This document shows, piece after piece, positions 1 to 8,513 of a stretch of DNA of 64,000 nt. The DNA is from Capsulimonadaceae bacterium (GTDB lineage Bacteria; Armatimonadota; Armatimonadia; Armatimonadales; Capsulimonadaceae): positions 704,001 through 768,000 of the forward strand of contig OZ244065.1 of the NCBI GenBank assembly GCA_965215505.1, written 5' to 3'. The position numbers and the translations under genes are program-made. The notes under the pieces were generated by a model. The model was not told the DNA's origin. It did not search any database and saw only the letters and a program-made list of their open reading frames with translations. Each line of letters opens with the position of its first letter. Positions within the stretch are counted from its first letter, which is position 1.

Positions 1-39
1 CGGCTCGCCGAGCGGACGTTGGACGAGATGGGGCAGTGA
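1..39 (+). CDS. 3' end of an upstream gene (RLAERTLDEMGQ*), possibly leuC given leuD downstream
   Basis: Frame 1 is open from the window edge to TGA at 37-39; the identity is only guessed from synteny. Confidence 0.3.
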   Translation, partial: RLAERTLDEMGQ

Positions 40-67
40 AAGGGGAAGGCCCGAGAGAAGCAGGCAT

Positions 68-640
68 ATGATGACCGGCCCCATCATCTACCCGCCGCAC
101 CGGATTACCTTTGAGCAGTATATGGCTGAGGAGCAGGTCAAGCGGCGGTACGACATTGTCAACGGCGTCCGCGTTTTCGCCGTGCCGCCGAGTTTGCGTC
201 ATCAAGATATTCTGGGCAACTTCCTGTCACTATTCCGAGATTATGCGGATCAACATGGCTATGCGACGTTGTTTTCGCTGTTCGACGTGCTGATTTCCTG
301 GGAGCCGTTCTGCACCCGGCAGTCGGACGTGATGCTTGTCAGCAAGACCCGCTTACAGTCACGTAAGGACTGCGAACCGTTGTCCATCGCCCCGGAACTA
401 GTCGTGGAAATTCTCTCGTCAATTGACCGCAAACTGGCGTTGGAAAGCAAGCTTCAGGATTATCACACGATAGGCGTTCGAGAATGCTGGGTGGTAAGGC
501 CTGAAAGACGAACGATTGAGGTGATGTGTGCTACCACCGAAGGGTTCAAGGCCGTACAGACATACGGTGCAGGGGAAGCCGCCCATTCACGCACTTGCCA
601 TAACTTGGCGGTGTCGGTTGACGAAGTCTTGTCAGTATAG
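68..640 (+). CDS. Uma2 (DUF820) family PD-(D/E)XK endonuclease-fold protein
   Basis: Motifs PSLRHQ, RQSD, APELVVEILS, KLQDYHTIGVRECWVV. Confidence 0.85.
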   Translation: MMTGPIIYPPHRITFEQYMAEEQVKRRYDIVNGVRVFAVPPSLRHQDILGNFLSLFRDYADQHGYATLFSLFDVLISWEPFCTRQSDVMLVSKTRLQSRKDCEPLSIAPELVVEILSSIDRKLALESKLQDYHTIGVRECWVVRPERRTIEVMCATTEGFKAVQTYGAGEAAHSRTCHNLAVSVDEVLSV

Positions 641-643
641 GCG

Positions 644-892
644 ATGAACAAAAAAGCGACAGGCTTTGGCGGCGGTTGTCAGGAACTTGGGATCGTCGCA
701 GCCGTTTTCGTCTGCGTACTCACATTCACGGCGGCCCTTGTCTTTGATCTTCATGCGAGTATGCCGCTGCCAAGTGCGGCCTTTCATGCGCTGTTGGCGG
801 CAGTCGTCGCGTTTGGCCTCATCGCACTGCTTTGGACTATAGTTTACGCCGCTGTCCGCCTTTTTAGCGGCAAGATCGACGGAGGGATTTAA
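644..892 (+). CDS. Small hypothetical membrane protein (2 TM)
   Basis: 82 aa with two hydrophobic stretches, packed between the Uma2 gene and leuD. Confidence 0.55.
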   Translation: MNKKATGFGGGCQELGIVAAVFVCVLTFTAALVFDLHASMPLPSAAFHALLAAVVAFGLIALLWTIVYAAVRLFSGKIDGGI

Positions 893-897
893 AACTC

Positions 898-1512
898 ATG
901 GAACCGTTCACGAAACTCACCGGCCTTGCGGCCCCCCTGGACCGGGTCAACGCGGACACCGACCAGATCATTCCTAAGCAGTTCCTCAAACGCATCGAGC
1001 GGACGGGCTTCGGGAAGTTCCTGTTCTTCGACTGGCGGTACTTCGCCGACGGCGAGACGCCGAACCCGGAGTTCGAGCTGAACCAGCCGCAGTATCAGGG
1101 CGCGACGATCCTGATCACGGGCAAGAACTTCGGCTGCGGGTCGTCGCGCGAACACGCGCCGTGGGCGCTGGCGGACTATGGGTTCAAGGCGATTTTGGCC
1201 CCCTCGTTCGCGGACATCTTCTACAACAACTGCTTCAAGAATGGGATGCTGCCGGTCACGCTGCCGGAGGAGACCATCACGATGCTCCTGGAGCGGGGGA
1301 GGACGCCAGGCTACCAGATGACGGTGGACCTGGAGAACCTGACCATTTCAGACGAGGAGGGCTTCTCCACCCCGTTCGAGGTGGATGCCTTCCGGCGTCA
1401 CTGCCTGCTCCACGGGCTGGACGACATCGGGCTGACCTTGCAGCATGAGCCGGACATCACGGCCTATGAGGCGAAGCGGCCCGCGTGGACGCGGAGCGCG
1501 GCGGCGGCGTAA
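898..1512 (+). CDS. leuD: 3-isopropylmalate dehydratase small subunit
   Basis: [46 protein letters not shown]. Confidence 0.97.
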   Translation: MEPFTKLTGLAAPLDRVNADTDQIIPKQFLKRIERTGFGKFLFFDWRYFADGETPNPEFELNQPQYQGATILITGKNFGCGSSREHAPWALADYGFKAILAPSFADIFYNNCFKNGMLPVTLPEETITMLLERGRTPGYQMTVDLENLTISDEEGFSTPFEVDAFRRHCLLHGLDDIGLTLQHEPDITAYEAKRPAWTRSAAAA

Positions 1513-1518
1513 TAGCCA

Positions 1519-1544
1519 GTCGGGGCGCGGCGAATGCCGCGCCC
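1519..1544. repeat. GT(A/C)G-type REP hairpin between convergent leuD and sbcD
   Basis: GTCG-GGGCGCGGC-GAAT-GCCGCGCCC. Confidence 0.6.
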
Positions 1545-1549
1545 TTCGT

Positions 1550-2800
1550 CTATTTTAGCGCCTCTTCGGCCTCTAGCTCGCGCAGCAACGGCTCGGCATG
1601 GGCGACGAGTTCATCTTTGCGCGGGCGCAGGGTGTCCCGCGTCTCGCAGTAAATGGCGAGGGCACCCAGGGGGTCGAGCGACTCGGTGAGCATCTTGGAG
1701 CGGACGGCGTCGGTGTCCCGGACGATCTCTTTGTGGATCGAGACGGTCAGGTGGCTGGCGTTCAGGGCGGCGCGGATGTCGGCTTCGCGCAGGGCGGCCT
1801 GCTGCTCGGACTTGATCTTGTAGGCGACCTTGACGATGGCCTCCTCGATGGTGTGCTTCTTGATGGCCGCGATGATCGTGTCGGTGGGGTCGTCGCCCGC
1901 CTCGGTCGCGTCCACCTCGATCTCCACGAAAGGGCGCGTCTTGACCCGGACGTGCTTGACCTCGGTGTCGCCTTTCAGCAGGTCTACCAGGGCGAAGCCC
2001 TTCTCCTCCGACCGCTCCCCGAAATCAATCCGCTCGATGCTGCCGCTGTAGACGACGGGCGGCTGCTGGCCTTTGTGCAAGTCCTGATAGCGGTGGATGT
2101 GGCCCAGGGCGACGTAGTCGAACGGCTTTTGTGTCAGCACGGATAGGGACACTTCCGGCTCATTCGTCAGATAGCCGACCTGGTTCGCGCTGAGTTTGGC
2201 GTTGGCGACCGAGAAGTGACCCATCAGGATCGTCGGCAGATCCGGGTCGCAGGAGGCGGCCAGGGCGTTGATCCCCGCCGTGTAGCGATCTACGATGAGC
2301 TGCGTGGTCCCCTGGACGCCCTGGTCTTTGTTCTCCTCGCGGGACAGGACGAGGCTCTTGATGAGGTACGGCATGGCGGCGATCTGGACGCTCGCCCCGC
2401 CCTTCGTCTCCACGACCGCCATGTCGGGGTGGTCGAAGACGCGCAAGCGTTCGCCGGCCAGTTCCCCAAAGATCTCGATGGCGTTGGCCCGGCCCTTCGT
2501 GTTCGGGATGTCGTGGTTCCCGGCCAGCATGACGACCGGGACGCCCGCCTTGGTCAGCTTGGCGAGACACTGGGCGAACTCGCGCTGGTGGGTCTGGTTC
2601 GGGTCGCGCGTCTTGTAGGCGTCCCCGGCGAACACGGCCAGTTCTACCCCGGCTTCCAGGGCGATGGTGATAGCTTCCGACAGGGCGTTGCGGAAGTCCA
2701 CGAGCCGCGAGGGCAGGCCGGTCTGCGGGTCGAAGCGCCCGTAGTTCTCGACGCCGAAGTGAACATCGCCGAAGTGCATGAGGCGGATGGGTTTGGGCAT
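1550..2800 (-). CDS. sbcD: SbcD/Mre11 exonuclease subunit
   Basis: Metallophosphoesterase motifs GDVHFG, AGD, AGNHD, GHF, LGHIH, YSGSIERIDFGE. Confidence 0.92.
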   Translation of the reverse strand: MPKPIRLMHFGDVHFGVENYGRFDPQTGLPSRLVDFRNALSEAITIALEAGVELAVFAGDAYKTRDPNQTHQREFAQCLAKLTKAGVPVVMLAGNHDIPNTKGRANAIEIFGELAGERLRVFDHPDMAVVETKGGASVQIAAMPYLIKSLVLSREENKDQGVQGTTQLIVDRYTAGINALAASCDPDLPTILMGHFSVANAKLSANQVGYLTNEPEVSLSVLTQKPFDYVALGHIHRYQDLHKGQQPPVVYSGSIERIDFGERSEEKGFALVDLLKGDTEVKHVRVKTRPFVEIEVDATEAGDDPTDTIIAAIKKHTIEEAIVKVAYKIKSEQQAALREADIRAALNASHLTVSIHKEIVRDTDAVRSKMLTESLDPLGALAIYCETRDTLRPRKDELVAHAEPLLRELEAEEALK

Positions 2801-2824
2801 GGAAGTCTTCCAACTGACGAAGTT

Positions 2825-2982
2825 TAACCCGGCCTGAAGGCCTAGCCTACTCGAGTGGGCCGCCCCTTCGGGGCTTCGGATAGAAGGGATTGGCCTTCGG
2901 AGGTGTGGTCCGTGATCTGTAGCCCCGAAGGGGCGGCCCGCCGGCGCAGCCGGGAGTAGCCCGGCCCTTCAGGGCCGGGTTA
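2825..2982. repeat. REPIN-like composite inverted repeat (family A)
   Basis: TAACCCGGCCTGAAGGCC...CTAC and GTAGCCCGGCCCTTCAGGGCCGGGTTA flank inner inverted arms GGGCCGCCCCTTCGGGGCT / AGCCCCGAAGGGGCGGCCC. Confidence 0.85.
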
Positions 2983-3000
2983 TCTGCGCGACATCTGGTG

Positions 3001-4083
3001 TTAAACCGGCAGCACTTCCACGACCGGCGGCAGCAGGATGGACTGCGGGTTGGTCGCGGCGGCGATGGCGGGAACGTCGTTCAGGAAGTGGTAACAGACG
3101 CCAAAGTCGGCGTGCTCATCAGGGTGGTCAGCAACTGTGTCGCCCAGGAGGAAAGCGACTGACACATCTCCCTGATGCGTGAGCCGCACCGTCAGTTCTC
3201 GGCAGTCCGGCGGCATTTGTGTGATGGCGACGGCCAAGGCCTTGTCGCTGTCAATCAGGTGGAACCACCGCTGCGGCAGGAACTCCTCCGCTGTAGCCAC
3301 TTCCCCGACATAATCCGTTCGCCCCGCCGTCGTCACGGACCAGCGGGCGTGGGTCGTGTCCCCGAACTCCGTCCGCCAGACGATCTCCGGCGCTTTCTCG
3401 TCGAGTTTGCCGAAGACGTAACCGCCTACGCCGAAGTCGCAGGTAATCGTTGGAGAAGTGATGGCGAGCGGCAGGGTGAAGACGATCTCGTCGCCCCGCT
3501 GTGCCTGCTTTATCTTGTGGGTGACGGTCGCCCAGGATTTACAAGCCGTAATCTCCGTGTCCGTGCCGCAGGCGGTGCCGTCAGGGTAACGGCGTGAGGC
3601 TCCCGTCCAAGCGGTTATGGCTGAGAAGTCAGGGGCATGGTAAAACAAGTCACCACCCTCTTGCGGCAGATCGCCGTTGCGGGAAATACATAGCGGCTCC
3701 CGCAATAACGGGATGCCGTCGTAAATGACTTCACGGATCGTCCCATCATAGTGCAGGCCGATCTGGAACCGCTTCTGCTGGTTGGAGAGGAGGCCGGGGT
3801 TATCCTTCTTCGTGAGGCGAAGTGGATCGTCTAAGGACGCGCTGGATGGTCCTTCCATGAGGGCCAGGTCGCGCGTGGCATGGGGATCAAGAGAAATGGC
3901 GAAGTCGAGCCGGAACGTGCCTCTATGCGTCACTTGCATCGGGAGGTCGTTTGTCCCGTCGGACAAGCGAAGACGCTGAAGCGGGGTGTCCGGCGGCAGG
4001 GCGACCTTAGCGTAGAGTGGATACAGAAACCGCCGAATGCCGGCCGTCTCGCGGACGCGGATGCGGGCTAAAACGTCGCTCAT
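3001..4083 (-). CDS. Hypothetical beta-rich protein, translationally coupled to waaA
   Basis: 360-aa ORF whose ATG overlaps the waaA TGA (ATGA); no family recognised. Confidence 0.7.
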   Translation of the reverse strand: MSDVLARIRVRETAGIRRFLYPLYAKVALPPDTPLQRLRLSDGTNDLPMQVTHRGTFRLDFAISLDPHATRDLALMEGPSSASLDDPLRLTKKDNPGLLSNQQKRFQIGLHYDGTIREVIYDGIPLLREPLCISRNGDLPQEGGDLFYHAPDFSAITAWTGASRRYPDGTACGTDTEITACKSWATVTHKIKQAQRGDEIVFTLPLAITSPTITCDFGVGGYVFGKLDEKAPEIVWRTEFGDTTHARWSVTTAGRTDYVGEVATAEEFLPQRWFHLIDSDKALAVAITQMPPDCRELTVRLTHQGDVSVAFLLGDTVADHPDEHADFGVCYHFLNDVPAIAAATNPQSILLPPVVEVLPV

Positions 4084-5417
4084 TTCGACAGGGTCTCCTC
4101 GAAGATCGCGGCGATGTGGTCTACGGTATACTGCGTCGCCCCCTGGCTGCCCTCAAAGACCGAGTAGGCGGCTTTGCCCATCGCCTCCCGCGCGCCCGCG
4201 TCTTGCAAGAGGCGCACAAAGGCTTCGGTGAGCTGCTGCGTCTGCGCCTCTTTGTCGGTGTCGTCAGCCGAAATCTGGGCGATGCCGCCGCGCATGAGAA
4301 AATCGTCAATGATCTGGGGGAAGTTCTTCATGGACGGGCCGACGACGATGGGCTTGCCGTAGACGGCCGGCTCCATGATGCTCTGCCCGCCGTGCGGGAT
4401 CAATGTCCCGCCGACGAACACGACGGTGGCGAACTGGTAGGCGGTGGCGAGTTCACCCAGGGTGTCCCCGATCAGCACGTCGGCGGACGGGTCGCCGGGT
4501 GCGGGGTCCGAGCGGCGCTTGACGCGCCAGCCCAACCTTTCGGCAAGGAGGGCGACGGGAGCAAACCGCTCGGGGTGGCGCGGGACGAGCAGCAGCCGCG
4601 TGTTCTCCAGGCCCTGCACCTGCCGGACGCGGCGCAGGGTGTCGAGGATGGTCTGCTCCTCACCCTCATGGACGCTGCCGGCGACGATCAGGGGGGCGTC
4701 TCCCGCCGTCAAGGCGAGCGAGTGGTCGAGGGCGGACGCCTGCGCCTCGGTGACTTCTTTCTCCACGAGGTTCCGGTCGTATTTGATGTTGCCGCTGACG
4801 CGCAGTTTGCTCGGGGGTGCCCCCATGCGCTGCAAGCGGTCGGCGTCTTCGCGCGACTTCATTATTAAGAGGCTGTAGCTGCGGAAGACCGGCCCCATCA
4901 GAGGCTGAAGCCAGCGGTAATATTGGAACGACTGGGCGGAGATGCGGCCGTTCGCCATGACGATGGGGACGCCGCGCTTCCGGGTCTCGTGCAGGACGTT
5001 GGGCCAGATCTCGGTGTCAATCGTGATAAAGAGCGCAGGCTTGATAATGTCCAGCACTTTGTTCGCGATGGAGGCAAGATCAATCGGGAAGTAGAAGGTG
5101 TTCCCCACCCCATATTTGGCGAACCGCTCCTGGGCGATGGCCTGGCCGGTCTTGGTGATGGTGCTGAAGACGAATCGCGCCTGCGGGAACCTTTGGGACA
5201 GGGCGTGGGCGAGCGGCTGGACGCTCAGGGTCTCGCCGACGGAGCAGGAGTGTATCCAGACGGTGGGCCGGCCGTCGGCTTTCAGCGTGTCCGGCAGGTG
5301 GCCGCGCCGCTGCCGCAGTGCGGGCAGGTACTTCTGGTGCTTCCAGGCACGGTACAGGAAGTAGGGGGTCATCAGGAAGACCCAGGAGCCGAACAGGAAG
5401 CTGTAGAGGGAGTACAT
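4080..5417 (-). CDS. waaA: Kdo transferase (3-deoxy-D-manno-octulosonic acid transferase)
   Basis: WIHSCSVGE, TEIWPN, NGRIS, VAGSVHEGEE, LVPRHPERF, GDTLGEL, GGQSIMEPA. Confidence 0.93.
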   Translation of the reverse strand: MYSLYSFLFGSWVFLMTPYFLYRAWKHQKYLPALRQRRGHLPDTLKADGRPTVWIHSCSVGETLSVQPLAHALSQRFPQARFVFSTITKTGQAIAQERFAKYGVGNTFYFPIDLASIANKVLDIIKPALFITIDTEIWPNVLHETRKRGVPIVMANGRISAQSFQYYRWLQPLMGPVFRSYSLLIMKSREDADRLQRMGAPPSKLRVSGNIKYDRNLVEKEVTEAQASALDHSLALTAGDAPLIVAGSVHEGEEQTILDTLRRVRQVQGLENTRLLLVPRHPERFAPVALLAERLGWRVKRRSDPAPGDPSADVLIGDTLGELATAYQFATVVFVGGTLIPHGGQSIMEPAVYGKPIVVGPSMKNFPQIIDDFLMRGGIAQISADDTDKEAQTQQLTEAFVRLLQDAGAREAMGKAAYSVFEGSQGATQYTVDHIAAIFEETLSK

Positions 5418-5431
5418 AGGCGATGGGGCCG

Positions 5432-6175
5432 CTAGGCGCTGTTCAAAATGCCGAACATCGCGATGACGCGCTGCAAGTCGGCTTCGGTGTCCACGCCGAC
5501 GGTGTCGTGCGGCGTCTCGGCCACGAAGATGGGGACGCCGTTTTGCAGGAACCGGAGCTGGTCCAGGCTCTCGGACAGCTCCAGGGACGACTGCGACAGG
5601 CTGTGGTATAGATCCAGCGCCTCGCGCGTGTAGGCGTACAGGCCAATGTGCTTGAAGTGCTGGACTCGGCCGGTCCCCGCCCGGTCAAAGGGGACGGGGT
5701 AGCGCGAGAAGTACAGCGCGCTTCTATTCTCCGCCGTGACCACTTTGACGTTGTTCGGGTCGGCGGCCTCGGCGGCCTGGACGGCGACTTTGAGGGTCGT
5801 CACCCGCGCCCCGCTGCCGTCGGTGAATGGAGCCAGCATCAGTTCCAGGTGGTCGGGCCGCAGGGTCGGCTCGTCGCCCTGGATGTTGACATAGATGTCA
5901 GCGTCGGTCCGCGTCAGGACCTCATGCACCCGGTCCGTGCCGGAGGGATGCTCGCCGGTCAGGACGACGGGGATGCCCGCCGCCTCGCAGGACGCCTGGA
6001 TCTCGGGGCTGTCCGTCGCCACGGCGAGGTCCGTCAGGAGCGGCGACCGCTTGGCGTTCAGGTAAACCCAGTGGATCATCGGCTTGCCGGCGATCTCGCG
6101 CAGGGCCTTCCCCGGCAGCCGGGACGAGTTGAACCGGGCGGGGATGACGCCCATGATTTTGAGGTTGGTGGTCAT
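5432..6175 (-). CDS. kdsB: CMP-Kdo synthetase
   Basis: IPARFNSSRLPGKAL, SGTDR, VNIQGDEP, ALYFSR, HIGLYAY; start placed at ATG 6175. Confidence 0.95.
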   Translation of the reverse strand: MTTNLKIMGVIPARFNSSRLPGKALREIAGKPMIHWVYLNAKRSPLLTDLAVATDSPEIQASCEAAGIPVVLTGEHPSGTDRVHEVLTRTDADIYVNIQGDEPTLRPDHLELMLAPFTDGSGARVTTLKVAVQAAEAADPNNVKVVTAENRSALYFSRYPVPFDRAGTGRVQHFKHIGLYAYTREALDLYHSLSQSSLELSESLDQLRFLQNGVPIFVAETPHDTVGVDTEADLQRVIAMFGILNSA

Positions 6176-6210
6176 AAGTTCTTGGCTGACCTCTCCCCGG
6201 CGCAGCACTG

Positions 6211-6345
6211 GCTACCCGGAGGGCAAGCGCCGACCCTCCCCTGTTAAGGGAGGGTGAAGACAGGAAGGGCTTTCACTTCATTCCTACCCTTCCCTAACAG
6301 GGAAGGGTGGCGGCTAAGGTTTTATTGGGGGGCCGCCGGGTTAGG
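6211..6345. repeat. Palindromic repeat doublet (family C)
   Basis: GCGCCGACCCTCCC-CTGTTAA-GGGAGGGTG followed by ACCCTTCCC-TAACA-GGGAAGGGT; shares GCGCCGACCCTCCC with 30183-30390. Confidence 0.6.
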
Positions 6346-7162
6346 TCCCCTCTGGTATCTCCGCCGAATCCGCCGGGCGCAGGTGGATCAGCTTGATCCG
6401 CCAGTGTTCACCGAAGCGTTCCCGGACGGCGGCATCGTCTTCGATCCGTCGCCTCCTGCCGCCCTGCACCCAATACGTCTCGGCCTGGGGCCAAGAGTAG
6501 ACCAATTTGCCTTCGGCGGCCTCGGCCAATGTCAGCGGCGGGCCGTCGGGGACGATACCGATGTCTTCCGGTGACGGCAGGGGCTGGATGAGCCGCTGCC
6601 AGCCGTCGCCGAAGCGCAGGCGTCCGCAGGTGGGCGAGGCCAGGAGCCGCTTGACGCCGTTCTCGACGAACCAGACCCGGCGGTCATCTTCCACGGGGAC
6701 CCGAATCAGCCGCCCTTCGAGTTGTGCTGGAGACGGGGAGGCCGTCCGGCGAACGGGGGCGGCGGTCCCTCGCGCGTCCTCAGACGGCGCGGAGGTCGAG
6801 ATGATCTCTACCCGTCCTACTTCCGTCAGGAACGAAGGCGGGGCGTAGACAGCGACCAGTTCCGCCTCAAAGTGGCCGGCCTCGTCAATGGGGAACAGGC
6901 CGCCCCCGCCGCCCTTGACCGTGTAGGAATACGTAACGCTCTGGCCGTCGGTCGCGGGCAGTATTTCGCGGCTCTGGAGCTGCTTCTCGACGGTGACGCG
7001 CTCGATGACCCGCCAAAGCACCAAGCCCGGCGCGGGCGCGGGCAGTTCGCCCGAGGCGGTCTTGGGTTGCCCCCGGCCCCCGAGCATGCCGCCGCGCGCA
7101 CCGGTCAGGTCAATCTGGGCGGTCACGAAAACGGCCTGCGGGTGGGCGGCGACGTCTTCCAT
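6341..7162 (-). CDS. Hypothetical protein with a duplicated C-terminal motif
   Basis: Two similar units: VWFVENGVKRLL..RFGDGWQRLIQ and YWVQGGRRRRI..RFGEHWRIKLIH. Confidence 0.65.
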   Translation of the reverse strand: MEDVAAHPQAVFVTAQIDLTGARGGMLGGRGQPKTASGELPAPAPGLVLWRVIERVTVEKQLQSREILPATDGQSVTYSYTVKGGGGGLFPIDEAGHFEAELVAVYAPPSFLTEVGRVEIISTSAPSEDARGTAAPVRRTASPSPAQLEGRLIRVPVEDDRRVWFVENGVKRLLASPTCGRLRFGDGWQRLIQPLPSPEDIGIVPDGPPLTLAEAAEGKLVYSWPQAETYWVQGGRRRRIEDDAAVRERFGEHWRIKLIHLRPADSAEIPEGT

Positions 7163-7171
7163 ACGGGTGGG

Positions 7172-8338
7172 TTACACCTTGTAGAGATGCGAAGACCGGT
7201 CGGCCTGGCGGAGCGACTCGCCGATGGAGCCGAGCACCTGCCCGTTGATTGGGGCGGCGATGACGATGCCCAGGGCGTCCCGGTGCAGGCGCTCCAGGCC
7301 GTTCTCGCGCAGATACCCGGCCTTGCCGGCGATGGCGATGGCGTCGGTGGTCATCTGCAAGGCGCTCTCCGAAAGGAACAGCTTGGCGGTCATCGTCGCC
7401 GACTCGACCGGGGGGCGCGAATCGGCGGGGATCGAAGCCATCTGAGCCAGCGCGTAAACGTGGGTCCGCATGACGCTCAGGAGGGAGGCGAGCTGCGAGA
7501 CGCGGACGCGGACGCTCTCGTACTTTTCAAACGAGTTGTTCGCCTTGACGATGTCCAGCAGCCGCCCGAACGTGCCCAGCGCAATGCCGGTGGCGACGAT
7601 GCCCGAGTGCAGGCCGGATTGCATGTCCAGGTTGATGATCGGGCCGATCTTGCCCGGCTCCCCCACCCGCTCCGAGTCGGGGACCAGGGCGTTGTCCAGG
7701 CCGACGACGCCGCTGTGGGTCCCTTGAAGCCCCATCGAGTCCATCGGCTCGCCGATCCGCAGGCCGGGGTTGTCGGCGGGGACCAGGAAGAAGCCCTTGC
7801 CCTCGGTCGTGTCCGTCATCACCATGTAGACGGCGGCGTGGCCCGCGCCGGTGCAGAACGCCTTCTGGCCGCTCAGGTGCCACACGCCGTCCTCGCGGTA
7901 GGCCTTGGTGTTCAGGACGCTCTTGTCCGCCCCCACGCCGCTCTCGGACCAGGCGGAAGCGCCCAGGGCCTCGCACGAGATCTGTGGCAGGTAACGGCGC
8001 TTCTGCGCCTCGGTGCCCGCCCCGGCGATGCGGTTGGCGGTGAGGGTGTGGAGCAGGAGGACGAAGGCGGTGGCGGGCGCGACGCGGGCGATCTGCTCGA
8101 CGGCATAGGTGACGTTGAGCGTGTCCAGCCCCAGCCCGCCGTACTGCGGCGGCGTCTTCATGCCGAGCAGGCCCAGGGCAGCGATGCGCCGGATGTTGGC
8201 CTCGGGGAACTCGCCCTCGTTGGGCCGGGCCTCCGAGGTGTGAACGGTCAGCTCGCCGCCGATGAGCCGCTGGACGGCGTCGCCGATTTTGATGCCGGGG
8301 TATAAATCCCGTGGGTCTTGATCCCAGGTCAGAACCAT
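7172..8338 (-). CDS. Acyl-CoA dehydrogenase family protein (divergent)
   Basis: PPQYGGLG, GTEAQKRRYLP, AWSESGVGAD, LSGQKAFCTG, MGLQG, GY...LERLHRDA. Confidence 0.85.
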   Translation of the reverse strand: MVLTWDQDPRDLYPGIKIGDAVQRLIGGELTVHTSEARPNEGEFPEANIRRIAALGLLGMKTPPQYGGLGLDTLNVTYAVEQIARVAPATAFVLLLHTLTANRIAGAGTEAQKRRYLPQISCEALGASAWSESGVGADKSVLNTKAYREDGVWHLSGQKAFCTGAGHAAVYMVMTDTTEGKGFFLVPADNPGLRIGEPMDSMGLQGTHSGVVGLDNALVPDSERVGEPGKIGPIINLDMQSGLHSGIVATGIALGTFGRLLDIVKANNSFEKYESVRVRVSQLASLLSVMRTHVYALAQMASIPADSRPPVESATMTAKLFLSESALQMTTDAIAIAGKAGYLRENGLERLHRDALGIVIAAPINGQVLGSIGESLRQADRSSHLYKV

Positions 8339-8364
8339 GAGTGGGTAGTCCCTTTCTGCCCCTC

Positions 8365-8394
8365 AGTATAGCCGATTGGTGGGGCGGGTGTCAA
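8365..8394 (-). promoter_or_regulatory. sigma70-type promoter of the acyl-CoA dehydrogenase operon
   Basis: Minus strand TTGACA-N18-TATACT. Confidence 0.65.
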
Positions 8395-8443
8395 CGCAGT
8401 ACGCCGTGCCGAGGCGGCAGCATCTTGGGATACGACATTGCTG

Positions 8444-8470
8444 TAAACATCCGAAACTATTGACCGATAA
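8444..8470 (+). promoter_or_regulatory. sigma28 (FliA/SigD)-type promoter
   Basis: TAAA-N15-ACCGATAA (consensus TAAA-N15-GCCGATAA) upstream of the HD-GYP gene. Confidence 0.7.
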
Positions 8471-8513
8471 TTTGGGTTGACTCGGTGAATGTGGAAGTTA
8501 GACAGGACCAGCG

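Noticed and set aside
5432-6175. kdsB LDQLR instead of LEQLR as a sign of inactivation
   Set aside because: A conservative single change; the other motifs and the linkage to waaA are intact
6722-8305. Long antisense ORFs (also 13646-15373, 19465-21099, 23225-24766, 35707-37374, 48162-49721)
   Set aside because: Shadow frames of well-supported genes in GC-rich DNA, with no recognisable motifs
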